Of a stretch of 51,388 nucleotides of DNA, positions 1 through 12,424 are shown one piece after another. Each line of letters opens with the position of its first letter. Position 1 is the stretch's first letter. The stretch is from the NCBI RefSeq assembly GCF_001194135.2, contig NC_068985.1, forward strand, positions 49,424,121 through 49,475,508, given 5' to 3'. The notes below the pieces were generated by a model that saw nothing but the letters and a program-made list of their open reading frames with translations, made no database searches and had not been told where the DNA came from. Source of the DNA: Octopus bimaculoides. Lineage: Eukaryota. Made by a program: the position numbers and the translations under genes.

Positions 1-24
1 ATATATATATATATATACATATGT

Positions 25-187
25 ATGATGGGCTTCCTTTAGTTTCCATCCCCTAAATCTGCTGACAAGCCAATTCCGTTAGCTTGAGGTTATAGAAGAT
101 ACTTGCCCAAGATGCCACACATTGGGACTGAACCCAGAATCATGTGGCTGGGAAGCAAACTTCTTACCCCACAGCCACATCTGTGCC
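25..187 (-). mobile_element. tRNA-derived SINE group A (CORE-like), 5' half
   Basis: Diverged reverse complement of the head in the 4917-5427 copy. Confidence 0.8.
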
Positions 188-864
188 ATTTTAAGATCTC
201 CATGACTACTTAGAGAAAAATATCTTTAGCCCAAAACCTGGCCCAAGTGCTTGCAACAAAGTGGACTCTGTAAAGGCAACCAAGGGCTAGAGGTTAGTGG
301 TGATGTTAAACATGGTGCCCATGAAAAGTTTTCTAAGTAGCCTTATTCTACAAGGGTATTGATCAACTCAATGTCATGGTAGAATATATTTGCCCAAAAT
401 GCCACACAATGGGATTGAACTCGAAACCAGCAGTCTAGTAACATGCCTGTGTATACCCACACCTACTTCATTTTAAAGCAAAGAGAGAAATCAAGGCTAC
501 AAAGAGCAGTCAGGCATGAAAACACTTCCTTCAATAATATGTAAATGTCTAAATTTGAATAAACCATTGAACCTTGACTATCAGATATAAATCACTAAAT
601 TTTATTCTGAAAAAGAAATAATAAAATAAAATTAAAATTAAAAACATCGATTATTTGCAATGGCAAGACATTAGAATTCCTGGTTCAAATCATACCAGAG
701 GAACTTTTCTTTTTTTTTTTTAATCTGAACAAAAGAAAATAAATACCAGTAGTATACTGAGGAGTAAATGTTATTAAGTTAATTGCTTTTTTCTCCTTAA
801 AAAAATCAACACTGTAACAATGTAATCAATCAATGTGTATATGATGAAGTTTGTCATCATCATA

Positions 865-1265
865 GGTGCAGGTGTGGTTGTGTGGTAAGAAGCTTGCTTC
901 CCAACCACATGGTCCTGGGTTCAGTCCCACTGCATGGCACAATTGGGCAAGTGTCTTCTACTATAGCCTCAGATTGATGAAAGCTTTGTGAGTGGATTTA
1001 GGAGATGGAAACTGAAAGAAGCCTGTCATGTATATGCATATATATATATAATTGTGTATGTATCTGTGTTTATCCTCCTACCGTCACTTGACAACTGATA
1101 TTGGTGTGTTTACACTCCTGCAACTTAGCAGTTCAGCAAAAGACAGATAGAATAAGTACTAGGTTTACAAAAAATAAGTTCTGGGGTCGATTTGTTTGAC
1201 TAAAAGTGGTGCTCCAGCATGGCCACATTCAAATGACTGAAACAAGTAAAAGAATAAAAGAATAA
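865..1265 (+). mobile_element. SINE group A, full length
   Basis: A-box-like gtggttgtgtgg, B-box ggttcagtccc, CORE-like ttgggcaagtgtctt, central TA/TG tract, tail aaacaagtaaaagaataaaag. Confidence 0.9.
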
Positions 1266-2149
1266 ATAATTTTCATTATCATTCAATGTTTGTTTTCCAT
1301 CCTGGCATGGGTCATGAGTGGATAATTTTGTATGCCATTGAGAAAACTGGGATCAGAGGTTTCAGAGCCATGTTTCATGAATGTATTCAAATTCACTTTA
1401 TTGTATAATTTTCATTGATTTGTTGATTCAAATACCCTTATGTTTCTTCACAGTTTTTACCTAACATATAATGTTTCTACCAGTTAAATAATAATGTCTC
1501 TTCCCACCATCCTCTTTCTTTCTTTTGTGTGAATATGGATTCTGTCAGTAATTGCATTTGCAGAATTTCTTGTGAGCAGGAAAATGAAGGTGACTAATTC
1601 AAAGGAATTACTGATGATTACATAATTAATGTCTTGTAATGACCAAAACAAGCAAAAAAAAAAACACTTATCTCTCAGTGGCCCCACACACCTACTATTA
1701 ATACTACATACTTTATAAAAATAGTTGACTTTTCTAGGGAACACTGCATGATTGGCATTTCAATTATTAATAGCAATTCCAAATACAAATTCTCCCATGG
1801 ACTTTCTTCATTATCTTCCAACTTCTATCAAGTACAAGGATAGTTGTATTGCACATCCCATTAATTATAGAATTTATGTAGCATTGTTCCATCACTGTGT
1901 CTATGAAGGCTAATAAAACTTGGGGGCACTGTTCTTCAGAGGAATATTGTGAGCATTAGGGATTACACCCTCATCTACCTTAAAGCAATAGATAAACTCT
2001 GCTTTAAGCTTAAATAAACTGTTAAGTTAAAAAGATTCATTCAGAGTCACTTGGTCTGAAGAGCATTGAGAGACACCAGTATCAATTGGTTAAATACATC
2101 TCAATATTCAACTGATGACACATTATTTTACTGTCTTTGGAAGGATGAT

Positions 2150-2250
2150 AACAATATTGACCTCAGCAAGATTTGTATTCATGACAAAGAAAGCCAGAAC
2201 TACATACCACAAGGCATTCTGTCCAATACTAACAATCCTGCCAACGCACT
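2150..2250 (-). mobile_element. SINE group B head fragment
   Basis: Matches the reverse complement of the 38367 copy head. It forms the 3' half of ORF 2066..2257. Confidence 0.55.
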
Positions 2251-2954
2251 ATCATGAACCTATAGAATATTATAGTTAATTATTATTATTCTATATCGTT
2301 TCTTAGTAGATAAACATTTTTTTATTGAAATTCAATAAAGCTAATTAATTAGCTTTATTGAATTCTTTAAATGAGGAAACCTTTAAGCAGTTGGCTGTAT
2401 TTTTATAAACTGACAAACATACAAATTTATAATCTACTTGGCTAAAATCCATATGTTTATATATTGATTAGTTCTTTGTTATTCTCACAGCTTACCTAAA
2501 CAACTTCTCTTAACCTACTGTTCCTCCCCTTCCCCTATATATCTTTTTCTCATTTTGTAGATATTTATAGTTCTTTAATGATTTACCAAAACTTATTATT
2601 CACCTCAGGAACAAACTATGTTGAAGCTACTTAACTTTGATTTAACCTCTGATGGAGTGGCAGAGACCCAGTGCCAAATGAAATCTATTCGCATCTACCT
2701 ATATTGATGCCACAAATCAATCATCCCAAAAATCTTCCCTGCATACTGTATCCAGTGCCAATTGGTGCAATATAAAGAGACAAGTCTGCTACTTAGAATA
2801 TCTAGACATGAGATATAGTAGGTACTGGAGTGATACAAAGACTGGTGTGTCCTGTGCCAATTTGTACTACATGAGACTAGGTTACTCCTAGAACAAGACT
2901 GGAGTACTCAGTACCAACTGGTCCAATATAAATTGGTGCCATTTAAAAAGTACT

Positions 2955-3131
2955 GGCAGTGGTGCCACAAAAAAGCACCCACTACACTTTGTGGAGTGGC
3001 TGACATTAGGAGGGGCATCCAGCTGTAGAAATCATGCCAGAACAGACCATGGAGCCTGATGTGGCTCCTGGCGTTACCATCCAACCCATACAAGCATGGA
3101 AAGCGGACATTAAATGATGATGATGATGATA
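2955..3131 (+). mobile_element. RTE-type 3' tail repeat (group C)
   Basis: aagcacccactacac...gggcatccagctgtagaaa...agcatggaaagcggacattaaatgatgatg, ending in a (GAT)n tail. Confidence 0.75.
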
Positions 3132-3427
3132 AAGCTGCCATTTAGAATATATCAACAAGAAAATAGTGACAGAAATAGTAGAGTGCTAACAAAAAGCTTT
3201 GCAGTATTTAGTTATGTCCTTTTGCAGTCTCCGTTCAATCTCCCACTGCTTAATTGATGAAATGCCTCAATAATACATTCATGTAACCCATGCTAACAAA
3301 GAAAAATGTACATGAAACGAATGAGTGAATGAACGAACAAATGGCTTGTCTAACCGACAGGTCATTATTCAACCTGCTTAACATTGTAACAATTATGAAA
3401 ATCTTAATGCACTGGTAATTCTAATTC

Positions 3428-3600
3428 AGGCACAAGGCCTGAAATTTGGGGAAGTGTTAAGTTGATTACATTGAACCTAGTATTCAACTGATACTTATTT
3501 TATCAACCTCAGCAGGATTTGAACTCAGAACATAAAGGTGGACGAAATGCTGCTAAGCACTTTGTCCAGCATGCAAACAAATCTACCAGCTTGTTGCCTT
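3428..3600 (-). mobile_element. SINE group B with internal deletion
   Basis: ggcacaaggcctgaaatttgggg...ggatttgaactcagaac...gaaatgctgctaagcac, matching other B copies. Confidence 0.75.
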
Positions 3601-3696
3601 CTTCATAATGATGATGATGATGATGATGACGACAAGAAGGAGGAGATGTACAAGTAGTAGTAGTAGTAGGTAGGAAATGCATTAAAAAAAACTCAC

Positions 3697-4667
3697 CTCG
3701 TCCTCCTGTGGAACTATTGTGTCTTCCAAACGTTGGTTATATTTAGTGTCATAGTCATCCTCCGAAGATTCTGAATCCGACCAACTTCGGTCAAATAGTT
3801 CTTCAGGAGACAAAGAAATAATTTCTTGGTCATTAATACTAGAATCTTTGTCTCGGTTGATAGAGTTAAATAAATCAGATTTGGTATCCAAAAGACTAAC
3901 AATACCATTGCGTTGTGTATATCGCTTTGGTAATGAATTTGTGTTTTTATGATTTTTGCTAATGACTATTTCATCATTTGCTAAAACTTTTTGCAAACTT
4001 GGAGAACAGGATTGTGACTGTGGTAGTGGTTGGGAACCTGATTCTCCATCAGCACTCCACTTGTTCTGATTAATTTTTTCCACAAAGGCACGTACATATC
4101 CAGCTGCCATTGTAGGGTTTGCCAGATACTCATCTTTGACTGGTGGTGGCTTTTTGGTATTGTCTACTGGAGTGAAGGAGTTTGTTAATTTCTCAATGGT
4201 TTGAGAAATGTGTTTTGTACGATTTTGTGGTGAGGAAGGCATGGATTTGGACATTTGGCTTTCAGCAATGGTTTTATCTTTCAGTGTTTTCACTGGTGAT
4301 GTCGATTCTTTGTTCAGTTTCTGAAATTCACTGCATCTCTGCCGCACAATGCCAGAGAGCTTTGGAGACGTTGGTGTGGAACACAAAGAATTCCATCCAG
4401 AGAGTGGAGGAGAATTATTTGATTGTGGAGCTTCATAAAAAGGAATTTCTTCGTAGATTGGTGAATCGGGACAACTTTCTGTACTGTTGTCTAAAAGACA
4501 CAGACAGTTTGAAGAACTTTCTGCTTGCTCATGCTTTATTGCTTCTGTTGAGGTGTCCTCTGCAGTGTTTCCAGAAATCACAACACCATTGAGTTTGTTG
4601 TGAGACTTTGTAAGTTTTGAGCCAACCCCTGTAATGAGGCGCTCCAAGAACTTCGGCTTGGCTGGTG
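3697..4667 (-). CDS. Large coding exon (971 nt, phase 1 to phase 0) of an unidentified host gene; Ser/Pro/Thr-rich, probably disordered
   Basis: Stop-free frame of 323 codons with normal composition in DNA that otherwise has only junk ORFs. Acceptor ttttattttcag|CACCAGCC at 4668/4667 and donor GACGAG|gtgagt at 3697/3696. The ORF-track end VSFF* is read-through into the intron. Translation (x)PAKPKFLERLITGVGSKL...EDTIVPQEDE. No recognisable folded domain. Confidence 0.85.
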
Positions 4668-4916
4668 CTGAAAATAAAAAAATTAAAAATTTAATTAATT
4701 TCAGAAAATAATTTAATCACAATACAAACACTTGCTTTTTATTAGGCAAATACTTTTACTTCCTTCTGATGTGATATTTTGGAAATCAGATGTGTTCTTG
4801 CTGTTACTGTGACAAAACACCTATATTTCATTTTCATTCCGAGAGATACAGCACAAGTGTTCTCATTGTGAGTCTTATTCAAAATTTTCTGTGCATCATT
4901 CTAAACCATTATTTTC

Positions 4917-5074
4917 GGGAGTGGCTGTGTGGTAAGTAGCTTGCTTACCAACCACATGGTTCTGGGTTCAGTCCTACTGTGTGGCACCTTGGGCAAGTGT
5001 CTTCTATTATAGCCTCGGGCCGACCAAAGCCTTGTGAGTGGATTTGGTAGACGGAAGCTGAAAGAAACCTGTCG

Positions 5075-5125
<51 letters not shown>

Positions 5126-5175
5126 NNNNNNNNNNNNNNNNNNNNNNNNNNNNNNNNNNNNNNNNNNNNNNNNNN

Positions 5176-5216
<41 letters not shown>

Positions 5217-5427
5217 TTGTGTGTCTGTGTTTGTCCCCCCAACATCGCTTGACAACCGATGCTGGTGTGTTTACGTCCTTGTAACTTAGCGGTTCGGCAA
5301 AAGAGACCGATAGAATAAGTACTAGGCTTCCAAAGAATAAGTCCTGGGGTCGATTAGCTCGACTAAAAGGTGGTGCTCCAGCATGGCCACAGTCAAATGA
5401 CTGAAACAAGTAAAAGAGTAAAAGAGT
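4917..5427 (+). mobile_element. SINE group A, full length, young
   Basis: A box tggctgtgtgg at 4922-4932 and B box ggttcagtcc at 4965-4974. CORE-like ccttgggcaagtgtctt. The expanded central (TA)n/(TG)n contains a gap. Tail (gtaaaaga)2. CpGs retained. Near-identical to 11471-11897 and 36692-37089. Confidence 0.92.
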
Positions 5428-5789
5428 CTCTCAAATGTTTCCTTGTCTAAAAACAATCCCAAATTCCACAAACCCACCCTTTTGATCTTTGAATGATTTG
5501 AGAAATAGTACAAAGATTTGACATTTCAATATTCACTAGTTTCATTCATTTTTCTGTAGCCCCGATGGAGCAAACCTTTTGATGCCTTAGTTGATCATAT
5601 TCACCACAGAACTTATTTCATTAATCTGTATTTGTGAAGCTGCTAAATTATAGGACATAAAAGGAACACAATATGAGTTCTTCAGGTGATCTGTAAGAAA
5701 GAACATAGCTGCTACTTGCTTGCAAGTACAACTAGGTGTAATGCACCAATGCTTTTGATAATTGTTTCAGGTATTTATGGAGTCACAAG

Positions 5790-5990
5790 CATTGATATTC
5801 TCTCAGCCCCTGCCTTCCTAGACCTAGTGAAACATCGAGGATGTGACAGCCAGAGGGAAATGCACCAGCACTAGGCTAATACTCATTTTTTGGCTGAGAA
5901 GAATCAAGTAATGTACAGTAAAATACCTTGCACAATGAAACAGCATGCCACCTGGTCTGGGAGTCAAACCTATACTCTAACCACCTGACA
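5790..5990 (-). mobile_element. Degenerate tRNA-derived SINE (group E-like)
   Basis: ggtctgggagtcaaacc...ctctaaccac resembles the reversed heads at 29180-29505 and 49075-49218. Confidence 0.4.
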
Positions 5991-6065
5991 GAGAGAGAGA
6001 GAGAGAAGGGGAGCAAAGAACAATGTTATACCTAGCAATGGGGTGAACACATTTTACCTCTTTAA

Positions 6066-6229
6066 CTACACTCTCTGAGTGGTTGGCGTTAGGAAGGGCA
6101 TCCAGCTGTAGAAACTCTGCCAAATTAGATTGGAGCCTGGTGTTGCCATCTGGTTTCACCAGTCCCCAGTCAAATCGTCCAACCCATGCTAGCATGGAAA
6201 GCGGACGTTAAACAACGATGATGACGATG
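6066..6229 (+). mobile_element. RTE-type 3' tail repeat (group C), young
   Basis: Nearly identical to 8521-8692 and 14300-14451; ends ggacgttaaacaacgatgatgacg. Confidence 0.85.
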
Positions 6230-6742
6230 AACAAAGAAAAAGAAAAGAAAATCAATTCTGTCTTGCTTCTTTGTATATTTTAATTGAATTTTATCTATTT
6301 CATTGATTTATGAATTATTTGTCAACTAATCTGTCTGACAGATACAAGTGAGCAGTCAGTGTTAGCAGGTTAGCATGACATCAAATATCACTATCACCTT
6401 AACCTCTCTCTCACTCTCATATTTGCACCCTACCTCTGTCTCCTCTCTCTCTCTCTCATTTCATATATACCTTTATATATATTATATAAGTCTTGTCCAA
6501 AATAAGTGTAAGCACATGTGTGTACACATACATATATACATACACACACATACAGACACACACTCACACACACACATATACACACGTGTCAATTTATAAT
6601 TTCCCACTTCAAATAAGAATATATCAAATCATTTGTTAAGGTTTTATTTAAAAAAAAAAAAAAAACATTAAGGAAACTTAAAGTAAGATAAGAACTGGAA
6701 CAGGAAATAGAATGTATTTTTTTTTTTTGCAAAAATTAACTG

Positions 6743-6782
<40 letters not shown>

Positions 6783-6974
6783 CAATACATTGAAATTCTA
6801 CTTAACATGTCATTAAAGTCAGATTGAGATACATATGGAAACTATGTATTGCCAACATATCTCACCCATCTAATCCATTGTAGGAAAAAATACATTATGC
6901 CATCAATATAGATTAAAATAGTGTGTGTGTGTGTGTGTGTGTGGGTGCATATGCATATGCATGTGTACACATGT

Positions 6975-7310
6975 ACTCATTTTTTCATTTGTTTCGGTCA
7001 TTGAACTGTGCAGCAATACTGATGCATTGCCTCAATGGCTTTAGCCAAACAAATTGACTATTTTTTAAGTCTGACACTTACTTTATCAGTCTCCTTTGCC
7101 AAACCACTATGCTAAGGGGATGTGAACAAACCAACACTGGTTGTCAAGCAATAGGAGCAGATGAAAACAAAGGCACACACACACACACACACTCATGTAA
7201 GCACGCACACATGCATATATACACATAGTATTGGTCGATCCAAGGTTACAGTAGAAGACAGTAGCCCAAAGTGTCATGCTCTGGGATTGAACCCAGAACC
7301 ACTTCTCCAT
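6975..7310 (-). mobile_element. SINE group A, diverged
   Basis: Reversed tail (tgtttcggtcattgaactgtg), body and head (ggattgaacccagaacc). Confidence 0.7.
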
Positions 7311-7388
7311 GCCTACAAAGCTCATTACAGTCAGGCTAGTCTGAATTTAGTATGTCCATTCTTATATATATATACATATACATACACA

Positions 7389-7406
7389 CACAGATGGATT
7401 GATAGA

Positions 7407-7452
<46 letters not shown>

Positions 7453-7498
7453 CACACACAGACGGATTGATAGATGTGTATATCTATCTATCTATCTA

Positions 7499-7537
<39 letters not shown>

Positions 7538-7605
7538 TTACATACATACCCACACAGACGGATTGATAGATGTATATATATATACACAGACGGATTGATA
7601 GATGT
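7389..7605. repeat. Four copies of a 21-nt unit CACAGA(C/T)GGATTGATAGATGT separated by variable TA/TG/TCTA spacers
   Basis: Units start at 7389, 7457, 7553 and 7585. Confidence 0.85.
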
Positions 7606-8284
7606 GATTGATACATATATATATTTGAAAGTCTATGAGAATTACTTAATATAGTTTTCAAGTGTAAAGGCAATTTTTTATTTTAATTATTTTTAAAAAA
7701 ATGTTATGAAATTTTTTATCAGGATGTTACTAACCCTTTTGGGAAGAAGTTTTTTTTTTCTGGTGTGTGAGCACTTTCTTTAAGAGAGATATTGGTTTTA
7801 AAAAAAAGTATGTTATATCCCTGACTGGTGTAAGGAGCTGGTAACGGGAAGAACATATGGTTATAAAACATTGCCTTAAAACGTCCTACTCAACTCCTAC
7901 CAGCATGGAAAAGCAGTCATAAAAACAATGATATATCTATATATAGTGTACAGAAGGGGTTTTAATCCAAGCTGTATCCTTGTGAAGCACATCTGCATAT
8001 TTCAGTAGTCAAGTGTATGCATATGGATGTTTTATTTTAAATGAGAAAATCGTACATATAAGTTGAGATTCCTGGTGAATTATATTTACAAAGTATTAAT
8101 ACACAGACTGGACTATGTGGTACCATTTTAATTCAGTGTTATACATGTTTCATTACAGTATGGGAAATGCATTTTATGAATGTAAAATTAACAACTATAT
8201 AAATATAAACAACTCATAATAGATATATATAAATGTACATGTATAAACATGTAGAACATCACAAAATAATTATTTTGAATTCTT

Positions 8285-8500
8285 TTATTCTCTTACTTGT
8301 TTCAGTCATTTGACTGTGGCCATGCTGGAGCACCACCTTAAAGGGTTTTAGTCGGAGAAATCAACCCCAGATTTATTCTTTGTAAGCCTAGTACTTATTC
8401 TATCGGTCTCTTTTGCTGAACCACTAGCTACAAGGACATAAGCATCAGTTGTCAAGTGATGGTAGTTGGGAGTGGGGGGACAAACGCAGACACATACATA
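8285..8500 (-). mobile_element. SINE group A, 3' half
   Basis: tctcttacttgtttcagtcatttgactgtggccatgctggagcacc...gtacttattctatcggtctcttttgc. Confidence 0.85.
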
Positions 8501-8520
8501 CATATACATATATATATATA

Positions 8521-8692
8521 AAAGCACCCACTACACTCTCGGAGTGGTTGGCATTAGGAAGGGCATCCAGCTGTAGAAACTCTGCCAAATCAGATTGGAG
8601 CCTGGTGTTGCCTCCTGGTCCACCAGTCCTCAGTCAAATCCTCGAACCCATGCTAGCATGGAAAGCAGACGTTAAACGACGATGATGATGAC
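8521..8692 (+). mobile_element. RTE-type 3' tail repeat (group C)
   Basis: Same sequence as 6066-6229. Confidence 0.85.
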
Positions 8693-8734
8693 GATATATA
8701 AAGTAAGAGAAGAAATGGAGAAACATGTAACAAC

Positions 8735-8937
8735 CAGGCACAAGGCTTGGATTTTGTGGGTATGGGGACAGTCGATCACATCGACCCCAGTACTGAACTG
8801 GTACTTAATTTATTGACTCCAAAAGGATGAAATGCAAAGTCAACCTTGGCAAAATTTGAACCCAAAGCATAGCGGTAGATGAAATATCGCTAAGCATTTC
8901 ACCTGGCTTGCTAATGATTCTGCCAGCTCACCAACTT
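8735..8937 (-). mobile_element. SINE group B
   Basis: ggcacaaggc...tcgaccccagtac...caaagtcaaccttggcaaaatttgaacc...gattctgccagctcacc. Confidence 0.8.
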
Positions 8938-9304
8938 TTCTTCCATAAATAATAATAGCAACAGCATATTTAATTTCTGGAAGAAGACATTGTTATTGTC
9001 TTTTGATTACATATTCCAATCAGAGATAATCGGCTGAAACCTCATTACAATACACTATTGTTTCCAATTAAAAAAAAAATAATGAATGGAATGGGGTTTT
9101 TAATTTAATTTTATTCATTTTATTTTATTCTGTCTCCACTCTTGGTATTTTTATCATTATTGATTCCTACATCTTTTTTTTTTATCAATTCTTTACAGTA
9201 TCTCACAATCCTTATAGTTAGTGCTTCTGTTATTAATTTCATTTTATTCAGTTCATCTTCTGATTCTTTTATTACTCTTTAAGAAAATGTCAAAGGAAAT
9301 TTGA

Positions 9305-9431
9305 AACAAATAGTAATAATAATAATAATATTAATAATAATAATAATAGTAATAATAATAATGATAATAATAATAGTAATAATAATAACAACAACAATAA
9401 ACATCTAATAATAACAACAAAAATAATTACT

Positions 9432-9463
<32 letters not shown>

Positions 9464-9480
9464 TATTATTATTATTTATT
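9305..9480. repeat. Compound (TAA)n/(CAA)n/(CAT)n microsatellite
   Basis: Directly visible. Confidence 0.9.
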
Positions 9481-9804
9481 AATTTATTATATTTCAATTT
9501 TGACTGTTATTACTCTGCACGGCTTTAGTTCCATCTCATTATATTTAAGAATTACCATTTTATTATTCTGTCTCTGGCTTCATTCATTTGATTGCAGCAA
9601 TATTGGGGCACCACCTTGATGGATTTTAGTCAATTATATCAGCACCTTTACTTGTTTCAGTCTCATACCTATTATATCAGGTAGTTATTAATTAAATAAT
9701 TAAGTTTTACCTTTCAGTATTAAGAGATGCAATTCGGCTAATGGTATAACACCAGTATACACAAAAATAAAATAAAATAAAATAAAATAAAATACATGCA
9801 TATC

Positions 9805-10007
9805 TTTTATTTTTTACTTGTTTCAATCTTTCGACTGCAGCCATGCTGGAGCACCACCATGAAGAATTTTTAGCTGAATGAATTGACCCCAGTACTTAGA
9901 TTTTGTTACACTTATTTATTCTATCAGTCTCTTTTGATGGACTGCTAAGTTATGGAGATGTAAACACACCAACACCAGCTGTCAAGCGGAGGAGACAGAT
10001 ACTGACA

Positions 10008-10065
<58 letters not shown>

Positions 10066-10110
10066 ATGGGCTTCTTTCAGTTTCTGTCCACAATATCTAC
10101 TCACAAGGAT
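9805..10110 (-). mobile_element. SINE group A lacking most of its head
   Basis: Reversed tail and body, central (CA)n, then gatgggcttctttcagtttctgtcc. Confidence 0.8.
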
Positions 10111-11061
10111 AGGTTATTACACTAATGCCCAACATTGCTTAGTTATTGAGTTACATGATTCCACTTCTTGCAGTGAGCCTGATACTCTTTTCTGTTTCAA
10201 ATCCATGTTTATAATGTCTAATTTCATTAATCACTCTATCTGTTATGTTCTCCAGCTGCCTAAGTAGCAACCAAATGAATTCTCAACATAACTGTGTATG
10301 GTCGAGTGAATAGTGATGAACGTTTTCACTTCCTATCTTGTAAGTTCCTATCTCTACTGGGGACGGTAGTAAGTAGTGGTAGTAGTTGTAGTAGTAGTGG
10401 TGGTGGTGCCACCACACAGTAGATGGAAACAACTTTGAAGAAGTAATTAGGCCAAATAACTAAATTATTGAACTGAATCTCATAGATAATATAATGCAGA
10501 AACAAGATACCCCAAGAGGTGCTGTACTACAGTCACACAGCTAATGACTTCATGGAGAAGTTGACTATAGTGTCAGTAAAATGATGGTGGCAGTGGTGAT
10601 AATGGATGATGATGGTAGTGATGACAGTTGTTGGTGGTTACATTTACAGTAGTGATACTGCTGCTGATGATGATGACAATCATTAGGATTCAAAACAGCA
10701 AACCTGTCGGTTCAATTCTCATCCTAAGCTGTTGAAAGAAGGCCTCATCCCTAATATTATATAGCTAGACTAAATACATATGTAATATGACTCAATATAT
10801 ATTTATTAATTCATAACCCATGTTGTATTATTGGTGATGGTTCTTTAGTAATTGCTTTTTCTTTTTTTTCTTTCTCTTGCTTTGATTGCCTCCTGAGAGA
10901 TTCACTGGAGCAGGATCAGTGAAGCCCATCCTTCTCCAGGTCTGACCACAACCAGTTTGAGAGAGAGGGGGGAGGGGGACAGAGGAAGAGAAAGAGAAAG
11001 AGAGAGAGAGAGAATGAAACTAATTAATACGTTATATATTGGCTGCAAAAGGATGAATAGT

Positions 11062-11155
11062 AAAACTGGCTTAGGCAGAATTTGAATTTAGAACAAACAT
11101 CACAAGGCATTCTGTCCAATGCTCTAATGGCTGCCAACTTGCTGCTTGCTCTAGT
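11062..11155 (-). mobile_element. SINE group B head fragment
   Basis: ggcagaatttgaatttagaac...gcattctgtccaatgctctaatggctgccaacttg. Confidence 0.55.
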
Positions 11156-11172
11156 AATTAAAGAATCTAAAT

Positions 11173-11634
11173 AAGTGGTTCTCAATCGGGGTCCACTTAA
11201 CTCCTGGGGGTCCATGCTAGCAAAATAGTAAATTGGGGTTCCACAGTAACATTTTAAGGGTCCATAAAAAAAAAAATGTTACTTCGGATGTATTTATTGC
11301 AAGAAACAGCCATGTTTCTTTCTCTAACGTTTTGCAAGTTAATGTCTGAAAAGCAAAATAGGAATTTTGAATGTACCTATAAAACTAGTTTTTAAACATC
11401 ATATGGCTATGAGGGTCCACTAGAATAGAATAATAACTAATGGAGTCCATAGACCAAAAAAAAAAAAACCGTGCAGGAGTGGCTGTGTGGTAAGTAGCTT
11501 GCTTACCAACCACATGGTTCTGGGTTCAGTCCCACTGCGTGACACCTTGGGCAAGTGTCTTCTACTATAGCCTCGGGCCAACCAAAGCCTTGTGAGTGGA
11601 TTTGGTAGGCGGAAACTGAAAGAAGCCCGTCGTA

Positions 11635-11672
<38 letters not shown>

Positions 11673-11905
11673 TGTGTGTGTATGTTTGTATGTCTGTGTT
11701 TGTCCCCCCAACATCGCTTGACAACCAATGCTGGTGTGTTTACGTCCCCGTAACTTAGCGGTTTGGCAAAAGAGACCAATAGAATAAGTACTAGGCTTGC
11801 AAAGAATAAGTCCTGGGGTCGATTAGCTCGACTAAAGGCGGTGCTTCAGCATGGCTGCAGTCAAATAACTGAAACAAGTAAAAGAGTAAAAGAGAGTAAG
11901 CACTG
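11173..11905. mobile_element. hAT (Charlie/MER5-like) MITE with its right end interrupted by a SINE
   Basis: Left end (c)AGTGGTTCTCAA at 11173 and residual right end ...cactg at 11901-11905. The 8-bp flanks atctaaat / atttaaaa match at 6 of 8 positions. Confidence 0.55.
11471..11897 (+). mobile_element. SINE group A, full length, young
   Basis: Near-identical to 4917-5427. Confidence 0.92.
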
Positions 11906-12424
11906 ATTTAAAAAAAACGGCATTGATGAAATACATTTAGAGCATCAGCAAAGTACCATGCATTAGCTGCAAGTCCCTAAATGTAGGATATTTAGAGTAT
12001 CACCAAAATACTGTACAAGGAGCAGCAAGGTCATAAAGGTACCACTTTGGGAGTGACAGTATGAATAACAACAACAACTAACTTCCAACATCAGTAAGAA
12101 ATGACTAAATTTGTAGAAGCAAAGAACATACTCCACCCTTGGAGGAAAGAAACACAGAGAGAGCGGGAGAGAAAGAGAGAGAGGGAGTGAGAGAAGGAGG
12201 GAGAAGGAGGGAGGGAAGGAGGGGACGAGATGTATAAGACCTACCTACCTGCCTAACAGACATCATTATTTTTACTTAAAAGTGCAAAATTTATGATTTT
12301 TTTAAAAACTATCTTCAAGATGAAATGGGTAGGTTTGGGTGTTCTTTCATAGCAGACAAGCTTATCTTTTAAGGGGAAAAATCAAAATAAACATCAACAA
12401 TCATGATACTAATAATAATTTCTA

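Noticed and set aside
1470-1744. Minus-strand frames (ORF 1484..1744; also SPSFSCSQE...ERGWWEE) as the next exon or an SH3 fragment
   Set aside because: Splice sites are weak and GWWE lacks the rest of the SH3 pattern. The next exon probably lies outside the window.
4945-5409. ORFs such as MFQSFDCGHAGAPP..., MVSFAKPLSYGDV... (11420..11779) and MSKSTTGLILCK... (36666..37025) that resemble each other
   Set aside because: They are antisense translations of SINE group A copies, not a gene family.
7389-7605. CRISPR array
   Set aside because: Eukaryotic context, microsatellite spacers of very unequal length, no cas genes.
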